This document shows positions 53,420 to 61,614 of a stretch of DNA of 64,000 nt, one piece after another. The translations under genes were made by a program, and so were the position numbers. The notes under the pieces are model-generated. The model had not been told where the DNA came from. It made no database searches and worked only from the letters and a program-made list of their open reading frames with translations. The DNA is from a virus (Duplodnaviria; Caudoviricetes), in IMG/VR virus record IMGVR_UViG_3300021963_000022, one strand, 5' to 3'. Each line of letters begins with the position of its first letter. The first letter of the stretch is position 1.

Positions 53420-53901
53420 TTTCTATTTAGTAAATAAGGACTGTTAAGTAATTTTGGAAACCAAGGAACATCTTCATAGTCTTTTAATATATTTCTTCTG
53501 TTTGGATTAAAATAGAAACCCTTTATCTTACCACGAACTGGCATAGAACCTTTAGGTACAACAATTACTTCTTCATATTCATCACCAAATGTTTGTGTAC
53601 CTTGACTAGAACTAAACATTTTATATTGATTAGCAATAGAAGGTCTATCCAATACAAGAATTACTGCATTACCATCATATGTTAGATTTAAATTATCAAT
53701 AAATTCATCTGATTCAGCATAATGCCTCGAACGAGTTGTACTAATTGTGGGAGCATTGGTTCTTGCTATAGTTGCTTGTTGAGGACGATAGCTTGCTTTT
53801 AATAAGCCCTTGTCTAGTATATGCAACATTGCCGCTGGTTGCGTAGCATGATAAAGATAATCATTACCCACTGCTTCTACTATGAACTCACTTGCTCTCA
53901 T
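53416..53901 (-). CDS. ADP-ribosyltransferase-like small protein
   Basis: YLYHAT...ILDKGLL...ISTTRS...DEYEEVIV; paralogous to the N-terminus of the adjacent gene. Confidence 0.6.
   Translation of the reverse strand: MRASEFIVEAVGNDYLYHATQPAAMLHILDKGLLKASYRPQQATIARTNAPTISTTRSRHYAESDEFIDNLNLTYDGNAVILVLDRPSIANQYKMFSSSQGTQTFGDEYEEVIVVPKGSMPVRGKIKGFYFNPNRRNILKDYEDVPWFPKLLNSPYLLNRK
53424..53430 (-). promoter_or_regulatory. T4-late-like motif CTAAATA
   Basis: 4 nt upstream of ATG 53419 on the minus strand. Confidence 0.45.
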
Positions 53902-55649
53902 TAGTGCTTCAATAGTAAGGTAGACAACACATCCTGTCTGTTAGCACTGATATCACCCTCACCTGGAGCAATGATAACGTTCCATTTCTTAATGTTGTTC
54001 TTCTCAGGAATGGACATCATTTCACTATAGCTGATGATGCTTTCTCGTTTTAGATTATATTGATTTGCTAATCTATCTTTTAATTCTTCTAGTGCTGCAC
54101 CATCACGTGGTTGCCATGCACCGTCTTCAGTCTTGTCTAAGTTACCCTTCTCATCTTTCTTCAATAAGTCATAGAACAACTTACTTGGAACAATACGACT
54201 ATTCTTAGTTATATCTAATTGAGGATCTTGTTGTTTAACTTGTTTCTCTTGGCTTGTGCTTGCACCTTCACTCCAATTAACAATAAAGTTACTTGGTTTT
54301 TGACCTAATGCCGCATCTGCTATCTTTGTGTAAGCATAAAACTTAACATCAGGGTGTGCTGCCGCTAGCTTAAACGCTAGGTCTTGATATTCTGGACTGA
54401 AGAAATCACCAGCATCATGCCAACGAATAGTTAGATTGTAACCACCTTTTTGTGCTTTCTTTTCTTCTTTTGTAATATCACTACTTAGTTGATTAAAGAA
54501 TCCATCAGGATCATTCAACAAGAAAGTTAAAATTCTTCCATCACTTAACCAAGGACCTTCAAACTGAACTTTACCGCCCTTCATAGCAAAGCAATCTATT
54601 TTGCATGAACCAGCACCTGGACATGTATTAACTACAATTAGTTCATTAGTGTTTTCATCTAGTGCTATACCAACTAGAGCGGCAAAACCAATATTATAGA
54701 ATTGCTCTAGTTCACCGTTACTATGTTTCATCTTCTCATTTTGTTTAAGAAGTTTAGCTGGACGAACACCTAATGCTTGTTTGATTTTATCAGTATCGTA
54801 TTTCTTACCTTCTTCATTGTAGTATTTGACTACACTTGAACGGTGAATATATGGTAGTTTATATTTGTCTGTCTTACCTTTTTCACGATTACGAATTCTA
54901 TCTAAGTAGTCATCTAGTTCTTGACCTTTTAGTTCACGTGTTTGCGCAGGTAGTTTTGTTGCTTCATCTAAGTCTCGATATTTCTGTCTAAATTCTTTTA
55001 CTGCTAACTGAGTTAGTCCCTCTACTGTGTGGAGTAATGCTTCTCTTGAAGCCTCTGGGAATCTATCCATTACAAATTGTGATATACTATTAGCCCATAA
55101 ATACGTTTTTTGGTCATTGTAAAAATCTTGAGGTGTTGGCAACGAAACATAATAATGTTTATTGTTTTTATATTCTTTCCATAATCTTGCATACTGAGAA
55201 GTATCAAGTGGCCCTGTAACTTTACTCATCATACGCTGAAAAGCAAGTTGGTCGTCCTTTGTTTTGATTATTTTTTTACCTAAGACTCTTAATACAATTG
55301 ATTTTAATTTATTGTATGCATCACCCATAAAGCCTTCGTCTACTTCTTGTTTATGATTTGTAGATTGTTTACTACGTTTATCACTATCAGGAAACATTAT
55401 AGAAATGCTTTTACTATAAGCCTTATCAATTGAGTCGGGATTTAATTTTTTAATTTTATTATTTCTAGCATCACTAGTATAATGTGCTAATTGTTCAGGA
55501 GACATTTTATCTAATTCTTCTGAGGACATCTCATCTATCTTTTCGTCATTAGATTGGGCAAGGAATTGATCCATGCTCATTACTTTAATACCCTTAGTTG
55601 CTCCGGGTAATTTGGGTGTTGCACCTTCAAACAATTCTTGGAAATTCAT
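53901..55649 (-). CDS. Mosaic protein with C-terminal 'gene product 88'-like (Fe-S / radical-SAM-like) domain
   Basis: Start MNFQELFE|G (ATGA overlap at 55646-55649); NTCPGAGSCKIDCFA, IRWHDAGDF, FYAYTK. Confidence 0.65.
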   Translation of the reverse strand: MNFQELFEGATPKLPGATKGIKVMSMDQFLAQSNDEKIDEMSSEELDKMSPEQLAHYTSDARNNKIKKLNPDSIDKAYSKSISIMFPDSDKRSKQSTNHKQEVDEGFMGDAYNKLKSIVLRVLGKKIIKTKDDQLAFQRMMSKVTGPLDTSQYARLWKEYKNNKHYYVSLPTPQDFYNDQKTYLWANSISQFVMDRFPEASREALLHTVEGLTQLAVKEFRQKYRDLDEATKLPAQTRELKGQELDDYLDRIRNREKGKTDKYKLPYIHRSSVVKYYNEEGKKYDTDKIKQALGVRPAKLLKQNEKMKHSNGELEQFYNIGFAALVGIALDENTNELIVVNTCPGAGSCKIDCFAMKGGKVQFEGPWLSDGRILTFLLNDPDGFFNQLSSDITKEEKKAQKGGYNLTIRWHDAGDFFSPEYQDLAFKLAAAHPDVKFYAYTKIADAALGQKPSNFIVNWSEGASTSQEKQVKQQDPQLDITKNSRIVPSKLFYDLLKKDEKGNLDKTEDGAWQPRDGAALEELKDRLANQYNLKRESIISYSEMMSIPEKNNIKKWNVIIAPGEGDISANRQDVLSTLLLKH

Positions 55650-56599
55650 TTCTTGAGGTTCCTGATTTTTTGTTCTGCAATCATTACTAGTTCTTGCATT
55701 TGTTGAATAGATTCGCAGTTCCATCTACGTAGTGCTTTATTGATTGGACTATCAGGATCACGTTTAGTTTTAGCACTTGCATGTGCTTTCTTCATGCCTC
55801 CCATTCTAGCACAGAATGATTTGCGACGGTTAGCGGCTTTGCTGCCTTTTTTGAGTTTACTAGGCTTTGTAGTTACGGCAGTCTTTAGTTTACTACCTGG
55901 ATTTTCTCTACGATATGATTTAACAGCTTTACTACTCATGCCGTCAGTCTTGTCACTCTTGTTGACTTTCTGCCAGTCTTCATCTATACTCATGTCTTGA
56001 TACATTGGTCTACCTAATGATCGATTAATTAAATACGTCTGAGCATCTTTAAGGCTGTTATGCTTCATTTGTTTTATAAATTTACCAACTTTTCTTCTAG
56101 TTGTAAAGGGAGGTTGACCTGTCTGACTATATATGTGTCCTATTTTTTGACCATTGTGTATAAATTCATAATCTTTCCATGGGTCTTTTGCTTCAGCTAA
56201 ACCTTGCTGGCCATACATGTCAAGTATTTGTTTAACATAGAAATTATAAAAACCACGACGGTCATTATATTCTCTGTCCCCTAGAACAGTTTTTAATGCT
56301 AGTATAGCATCACTTATTTCAGGGCCCTTCATTATTTTTAATGCGTCGGTAACAAGCGAATCAACACGTTGTGAGCCTTCTGCTACACCTTGTTCTTTTT
56401 TTGCAATGGCAATAGCAGCCTGTCGTTTAGGATTAGCATCTTCAGTTGCGGCATCTTTAAAATTCTGTGCAGAAGGTGCTCCCTTGCTACCAGGTTTACG
56501 CATCTTTTCGCCCGAACCACGCTTGATACGGGCACGTTTAGCGTGAATGTTTGCCCATAAACCTTTTTCACCTTCAGTTATAATTTCTGTAAATTTCAT
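55646..56599 (-). CDS. Mosaic basic protein (several short modules)
   Basis: MKFTEIITE|G; modules KGLWANIHAKRARIKRGSGEKMRKPGSKGAP and DWQKVNKSDKTDG...RRKSFCARMGGM...KALRRWNC; junctions GVAEG, GLAEA and SIDED. Confidence 0.7.
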   Translation of the reverse strand: MKFTEIITEGEKGLWANIHAKRARIKRGSGEKMRKPGSKGAPSAQNFKDAATEDANPKRQAAIAIAKKEQGVAEGSQRVDSLVTDALKIMKGPEISDAILALKTVLGDREYNDRRGFYNFYVKQILDMYGQQGLAEAKDPWKDYEFIHNGQKIGHIYSQTGQPPFTTRRKVGKFIKQMKHNSLKDAQTYLINRSLGRPMYQDMSIDEDWQKVNKSDKTDGMSSKAVKSYRRENPGSKLKTAVTTKPSKLKKGSKAANRRKSFCARMGGMKKAHASAKTKRDPDSPINKALRRWNCESIQQMQELVMIAEQKIRNLKK

Positions 56600-56617
56600 A
56601 TTAGTATCCGTAAATAG

Positions 56618-56646
56618 TTGACTTTATTGCGTAAATATGTTACACT
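56618..56646 (+). promoter_or_regulatory. sigma70-type promoter (TTGACT-17-TACACT, extended TG)
   Basis: Upstream of uvdE; back-to-back with the minus-strand late motif. Confidence 0.65.
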
Positions 56647-56654
56647 ATATCTAT

Positions 56655-56662
56655 TATTTATC
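56655..56662 (-). promoter_or_regulatory. T4-late-like promoter GATAAATA driving the inverted island
   Basis: TATTTATC on the + strand, upstream of ATG 56599. Confidence 0.5.
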
Positions 56663-56675
56663 ACTTTGGACCCTT

Positions 56676-57701
56676 ATGCACTCTTTTGACACCAACATCA
56701 AACGTATCGGTTTTGCTTGTAAATGGGCAGAAATAAACAAAAAAGGAGAGATTGTATCCGCTGAAGGTCTCAATACCGGCGGTACTACACAAGCATGGGC
56801 AAAGCGTAATAGCCGCAATGTAGTAGAAGAAAAGATTATGGATGTTGCTAAAAGTAATATTCTTAATACACATGCATTGGTTAAGAAAGTAGCTACATTA
56901 GACCCTGAATTGCGTATGTTGCGTCTTACTAGTGATATGCTTAGTTTTTACACTATGGATGAGTACAAAGACTTTTGGCATTCAACTGATGTACAGAATA
57001 GTTTAGCACGATGGTTTGCACCTATTGGTGAAACAGCAAGAGCTAATGATGTTCGTTTGTCATTTCACCCTGACCAATTTGTTGTTTTAGCGAGTGACCG
57101 TGAAGAAGTAGTAAATAAGAGTATAGAAGAATTTGAATATCATTGTGACATGGCTCGTTGGATGGGCTATGGTCAAAAGTTTCAAGATATGAAAATCAAT
57201 GTACATATCTCTGGTAGAAAAGGTCCTCAGGGTATCAGAGATGTTTATGATAGACTTAGCCCCGAGGCACGAAACACACTTACATTAGAGAATGAGGAAT
57301 ACACACATGGACTTACAGACTGCTTATCATTATCTGACCTCGTACCTACGGTCATGGACATTCACCATAACTGGATTCGTGAGGGAGAATATATTTCCCC
57401 AACTGATGATAGGGTTAAGATGGTTATTGATAGTTGGCGCGGTATTCGCCCTACTTTACATTACTCCGTTAGCCGTGAAGACTTACTTGTCGGCCATTCC
57501 GGATCACAGTTACCCTCTCATGGTGCGTTGATTGAGTCGGGATACAGTAAACAAAAGCTTCGGGCACATAGTGATTACTATTGGAACGAAGCAGTTAATG
57601 ATTGGGCATTAACGTTCCGTGAGAACTTTGACATGATGTGCGAGAGCAAAGCTAAAAACCTTGCTAGTTTTAAACTACACGAATATGACAACAGAAAATA
57701 A
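56676..57701 (+). CDS. uvdE: UV damage endonuclease (UvdE/UVDE)
   Basis: RIGFACK, LRLTSD, RLSFHPDQF, INVHISG, LTLENEE, MDIHH, PTLHYS, AHSD, MCESKAKNLA. Confidence 0.92.
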   Translation: MHSFDTNIKRIGFACKWAEINKKGEIVSAEGLNTGGTTQAWAKRNSRNVVEEKIMDVAKSNILNTHALVKKVATLDPELRMLRLTSDMLSFYTMDEYKDFWHSTDVQNSLARWFAPIGETARANDVRLSFHPDQFVVLASDREEVVNKSIEEFEYHCDMARWMGYGQKFQDMKINVHISGRKGPQGIRDVYDRLSPEARNTLTLENEEYTHGLTDCLSLSDLVPTVMDIHHNWIREGEYISPTDDRVKMVIDSWRGIRPTLHYSVSREDLLVGHSGSQLPSHGALIESGYSKQKLRAHSDYYWNEAVNDWALTFRENFDMMCESKAKNLASFKLHEYDNRK

Positions 57702-58158
57702 TTCTGCTAATGGTGTTAGTAGCTATGATAGCACTAGCACTGGTAATATAATTCACTTCTTTAATAGGAATGTGAGTGAGTATCCTACCGAGGCAGGAGG
57801 ACCTAAGTTTGATATGATTCCTGTAACCAAACAAAAAGATATAATGATTAATCATGCTAGGATGTATGCCCAGCAAGAGTATGATCGTATCATGGAATTG
57901 GTTGCAGTACTAGAAAAACAAGCACAAGATATTAAACGTAGACTAAAAGTAACGGATGCAGTACATGCCGCAGAATATCAGTTTCAAATTATAATGGGTA
58001 ATACATACTGGTTAGTTTGGGAAAAAAGAAAAGAAAAGACATTGCTAGTACATCTTGGGCCTAATGATTGGTCAACCGGTATACCAGAATTCTATGAGTA
58101 TATTACTCAAGTTAAATACATGGGTGATCATACATGGATGGAAATAAAAGAGGAATAA
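57685..58158 (+). CDS. DUF2452-like conserved protein
   Basis: YPTEAGGPKF...QEYDRIMELV...GNTYWL...LGPNDW. Confidence 0.55.
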   Translation: MTTENNSANGVSSYDSTSTGNIIHFFNRNVSEYPTEAGGPKFDMIPVTKQKDIMINHARMYAQQEYDRIMELVAVLEKQAQDIKRRLKVTDAVHAAEYQFQIIMGNTYWLVWEKRKEKTLLVHLGPNDWSTGIPEFYEYITQVKYMGDHTWMEIKEE

Positions 58159-58159
58159 T

Positions 58160-58582
58160 ATGGGAATATTTGATAAATTGTTTGGTAAAAAGGAAGTTGC
58201 TCCTACAGTAGTAGAAACCCCTAAAGTTAAAAAACCTGCTAAAGAAAAAAAGCCAGAACCAACAATTAGTGCTAAAGAAAAAGCTACGCTTGCTGGTGAA
58301 CCTTATGTTAATATACTAGGATTAGAAATAGATCCTAATGATATTCATAATGGTGCATTTGAACTAGATTGGAATGATAAGTTTATTGTTAACCTTATTC
58401 GTGCAGGCTACAAACAAAAAGATACCGATACAGACAATGTTATAGTTGAACGCTGGTTTCAACATGTCTGTAGAAATATTGCACTAGAGATGTATGAACA
58501 AAATCAAGCTGATCCAACCAACCGGGATCTTCGCCCAATTCAAACAAGAGATTTGGGTAACGGACGTACTGAAGTGAGCTAA
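58160..58582 (+). CDS. Conserved phage hypothetical protein
   Basis: GEPYV...GAFELDWNDKFI..L...Y...V.RWF..VC. Confidence 0.65.
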   Translation: MGIFDKLFGKKEVAPTVVETPKVKKPAKEKKPEPTISAKEKATLAGEPYVNILGLEIDPNDIHNGAFELDWNDKFIVNLIRAGYKQKDTDTDNVIVERWFQHVCRNIALEMYEQNQADPTNRDLRPIQTRDLGNGRTEVS

Positions 58583-58599
58583 ATTTTTACCCATTTCAG

Positions 58600-58627
58600 T
58601 TGAGTTTCCTAATTTGTAGTGTATAAT
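58600..58627 (+). promoter_or_regulatory. sigma70-type promoter (TTGAGT-16-TATAAT) followed by a TGTGCAG/CTGCACA inverted repeat
   Basis: Inverted repeat at 58634-58659; AGGAG SD before ATG 58684. Confidence 0.55.
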
Positions 58628-58683
58628 ACAAATTGTGCAGAGAATAAGATTACTGCACAGACATTAACTTATAGGAGAAAAAA

Positions 58684-59883
58684 ATGTCAAAGTCTAAAAC
58701 TTTTAAATTCGCATGGGTACCAAACTCAAAAACAGTAACTAAGAAGGATCTTCCAAATAATGAATTGGATCAGAAACCCGGTTACATTGAGCAAAACAGT
58801 ATTACTAATCTGGTAGATACTTTTAAGAAAAGTGATTTCTTCAAACAACTGAAAGATTTCTTAAAAACTGATGACTACAAAAATGAGTGCAAAGGCAAGC
58901 CTCAAAAATATAGTCAAATGCCCAAACTAGAGCAAATTCCGATTCTATATCTTTTTACTGCACTAGCAGTTCAACGAAAGATTGATTGGGATCATTTGTT
59001 TAGAATTGTCACTACATGGGATTCTCGAAGACCTGCAACCGTTAACGTAATTCGTTTGCCAGGCACAAATACTTACTATATTACAGATGGTCAACACACC
59101 GTATTAGCTATTGCTATTCGTGCAATGCTAGGGTTGTTTGATGATGTTGACAAGAATGATTGGATGAACGTCAAAGTTAATTGTCAAGTTGTTGAAACGG
59201 CTGACTTCAGTTTTGCACGTGAACACTTCTTGGGTATTAACGGTGAAGATAAGCTGCCAATCATGCCGTTTGACACACATAAGATTCATGTGTTTGGAAG
59301 TCGTTTGGATAACAGTTCACAAGAAAAATATGTGTTAGCCGAAAGAAAACAATCTGCATTTGAGTTGTACAACTTGTATCCAGTACACCCGGAGAGCATG
59401 GATCGATTTAAGCCCGGAGCAGTTGTTCACACTAACTTGATTAAAAAGTTAGATGTTGATGATATCAAGTTCTTTGGTGAGAATCATAATACTTACTGGT
59501 TCCAAGAACCACTAGATTCTATTGAAATGCTTCCGTTTCAGGAATTGCGTAAGAAACTTATTAAAGAAGGTGCAGATTTCAATGCTCCTGAATTCAAAGA
59601 GTTTATGCGTGATTTGAATGCATTAGTAAAAGAAGTAGCCGGAGGATGGGCAGAGTTTAAAAATCTTACACAACAATTGTATCCTAAATACTACGTTAAA
59701 GCATTCGGTGATAAGCCGGCTGGTTGCCCGAAAGACGCATCACTTGTATTACTCATGCAGTTGTATGTCAAGGCCGGCGGCACATATCAATATGTTCCCG
59801 CTAGTTTAACAACACGTTATTGCGAGAATAGGACTCAGATGTTTAATCATTTGACTTCTGCTAAGAAGGAGTTGTTCAAATGA
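58684..59883 (+). CDS. ParB/Srx-like (DGQH-motif) domain protein
   Basis: TVNVIRL...YYITDGQHTVLA. Confidence 0.55.
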   Translation: MSKSKTFKFAWVPNSKTVTKKDLPNNELDQKPGYIEQNSITNLVDTFKKSDFFKQLKDFLKTDDYKNECKGKPQKYSQMPKLEQIPILYLFTALAVQRKIDWDHLFRIVTTWDSRRPATVNVIRLPGTNTYYITDGQHTVLAIAIRAMLGLFDDVDKNDWMNVKVNCQVVETADFSFAREHFLGINGEDKLPIMPFDTHKIHVFGSRLDNSSQEKYVLAERKQSAFELYNLYPVHPESMDRFKPGAVVHTNLIKKLDVDDIKFFGENHNTYWFQEPLDSIEMLPFQELRKKLIKEGADFNAPEFKEFMRDLNALVKEVAGGWAEFKNLTQQLYPKYYVKAFGDKPAGCPKDASLVLLMQLYVKAGGTYQYVPASLTTRYCENRTQMFNHLTSAKKELFK

Positions 59884-60305
59884 TAAGTATGGCATTATAT
59901 ATTGCTGAGATATACAACAAAGTTAAACCCGGTCGATCTAACAATCTTAAATCACGTATTACTTCTTACACTAAAGGAAATAACGAAGCATATATGCATC
60001 ATTGTTATTTTGCTGTTGAAGGTTATGAGGAGCACGTAAGAAATTGTGAAAGCTACCTTTTTCGTCAGCTATTTCCTTTTTTGGAAAACCCTAACGGAAG
60101 TCATAAACCAAGTGAGTATGTTGACCCAAAATACACAGAGGTAAACTTTGAATATGTTAAGAATATTGTAGAGGACCGTATCAGAAGTCACCCACTGAAG
60201 ATTAAACGGTTAAAACAACAGTTCTTGCCCATTACAAGGTATAACATCAAATCTTTAATGGAAGGTATTAACAACTTCCCTGATAAGTATTTGGAAGATA
60301 TCTAA
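59880..60305 (+). CDS. GIY-YIG / T5orf172-like nuclease-domain protein
   Basis: LYIAE...VKPGRSNNLKSRI..Y; CE..L...SE(Y). Confidence 0.5.
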   Translation: MISMALYIAEIYNKVKPGRSNNLKSRITSYTKGNNEAYMHHCYFAVEGYEEHVRNCESYLFRQLFPFLENPNGSHKPSEYVDPKYTEVNFEYVKNIVEDRIRSHPLKIKRLKQQFLPITRYNIKSLMEGINNFPDKYLEDI

Positions 60306-60306
60306 C

Positions 60307-60335
60307 TTGACAACAATTAGTGATGTGTGTATAAT
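60307..60335 (+). promoter_or_regulatory. Perfect sigma70 consensus promoter TTGACA-17-TATAAT
   Basis: Directly upstream of the RNase H gene. Confidence 0.9.
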
Positions 60336-60367
60336 CTACACATATCACTCAACTTTATATACAAAAA

Positions 60368-61387
60368 ATGAAATATGCTCTCATAGATACTGCAAACACT
60401 TTTTTTCGTGCCCGTCACGTTGCGTCATATAACAGTGATGCATGGGAAAAAGTGGGCATGGCTCTACATCTAACACTTGCAAGTGTCAATCAAGTCGTAC
60501 GCAAGTACGGTGTTGACCATGTAGTCTTCTGCTTAGAGGGCAGAAGCTGGCGCAAAGACGTTTATGGTCCTTACAAAAAGAATCGTATTGTTGATGCACA
60601 ATCAGTTACTGAAGAAGAAAAAGAAGAAAACGAGATGTTCTGGGATACGTATGAGAAATTCACTACGTTTATCAAAGAGAAAACAAATGTATCGGTACTT
60701 AGGCATGAACGTGCTGAAGCAGATGACATGATTGCCCGATTCATTCACTTACACCCAAATGACACGCATTATATTATTAGCACTGATTCCGATTATGTTC
60801 AGCTTATTACTGATAAAGTGTTCCAGTACAATGGAGTCACAAATCAACTTATCAAACCCGAGGGATACTTTGACGACAAGGATCGATTGATTGTTGATAA
60901 GAAAACTAAAGAGCCTAAACTACTCGAAGATCCTGAGTACTTATTATTTAAAAAAATAGTTAGGGGAGACGCAGGAGACAACGTATTCACCGCATATCCC
61001 CGAGCACCCGAAAAAGGTAGTAAGAATCGTGTGGGTATTCGTGAAGCATTTGAAGACCGTAATCTGCAAGGCTTCAAGTGGAATAATTTTATGTTGCAAC
61101 GCTGGTTAGATCATAACGGTGAAGAACAACGAGTACGTGAATGTTATGAGCGAAACAAAATGCTTATTGACTTAAAGTCACAACCCGAGGACCTTAAGGT
61201 TTTATTTGATGACCGCATTAAAGAGTCTGTACGTATTGAAACTACTGCACAAGTAGGAATGCACTTTATGAAATTTTGTGGTAAATATGAACTTACTAAG
61301 ATTTCAGAACAAGCAGAGACATATTCCAAATGGCTGAATAGCTCATATAAAGGTGTATTACAACTATCAACTAAGGTTACTGCATGA
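60368..61387 (+). CDS. rnh: T4 RNase H-like 5'-3' exonuclease (FEN/PolI N-terminal family)
   Basis: LIDTAN.FFRA, EGRSWRK..Y..YK.NR, EADD, ISTDSDYVQL, GDAGDNV, NKMLIDL. Confidence 0.88.
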   Translation: MKYALIDTANTFFRARHVASYNSDAWEKVGMALHLTLASVNQVVRKYGVDHVVFCLEGRSWRKDVYGPYKKNRIVDAQSVTEEEKEENEMFWDTYEKFTTFIKEKTNVSVLRHERAEADDMIARFIHLHPNDTHYIISTDSDYVQLITDKVFQYNGVTNQLIKPEGYFDDKDRLIVDKKTKEPKLLEDPEYLLFKKIVRGDAGDNVFTAYPRAPEKGSKNRVGIREAFEDRNLQGFKWNNFMLQRWLDHNGEEQRVRECYERNKMLIDLKSQPEDLKVLFDDRIKESVRIETTAQVGMHFMKFCGKYELTKISEQAETYSKWLNSSYKGVLQLSTKVTA

Positions 61388-61614
61388 GTAAGAAAACTAA
61401 AAAACTTGCCAAACAAGCAGGCTTTGTATTTTGGAAAAATGAATCATGGGGTCCAGGCAAAGGAAAGATTGATTGGTCAAGTGACTATGATAAAGAGTTT
61501 AAGGTTTATACTAAACTTGTAGTAGAAGAAACAGTTAAATGGGTTAACGATAATGTTGGTTTAATTACTGATGAAGCACGTAAAGACTTACATAAACATT
61601 TAGGTATAAAATGA
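61384..61614 (+). CDS. Small phage protein, distant member of the 47918/49546 family
   Basis: KKLAKQAGF...YTKLVVEE. Confidence 0.55.
   Translation: MSKKTKKLAKQAGFVFWKNESWGPGKGKIDWSSDYDKEFKVYTKLVVEETVKWVNDNVGLITDEARKDLHKHLGIK

Noticed and set aside
55650-55724. Upstream extension of the gp88-containing ORF to 55724
   Set aside because: It overlaps the preceding gene. ATG 55649 gives an ATGA overlap and the shared MNFQELFE leader.
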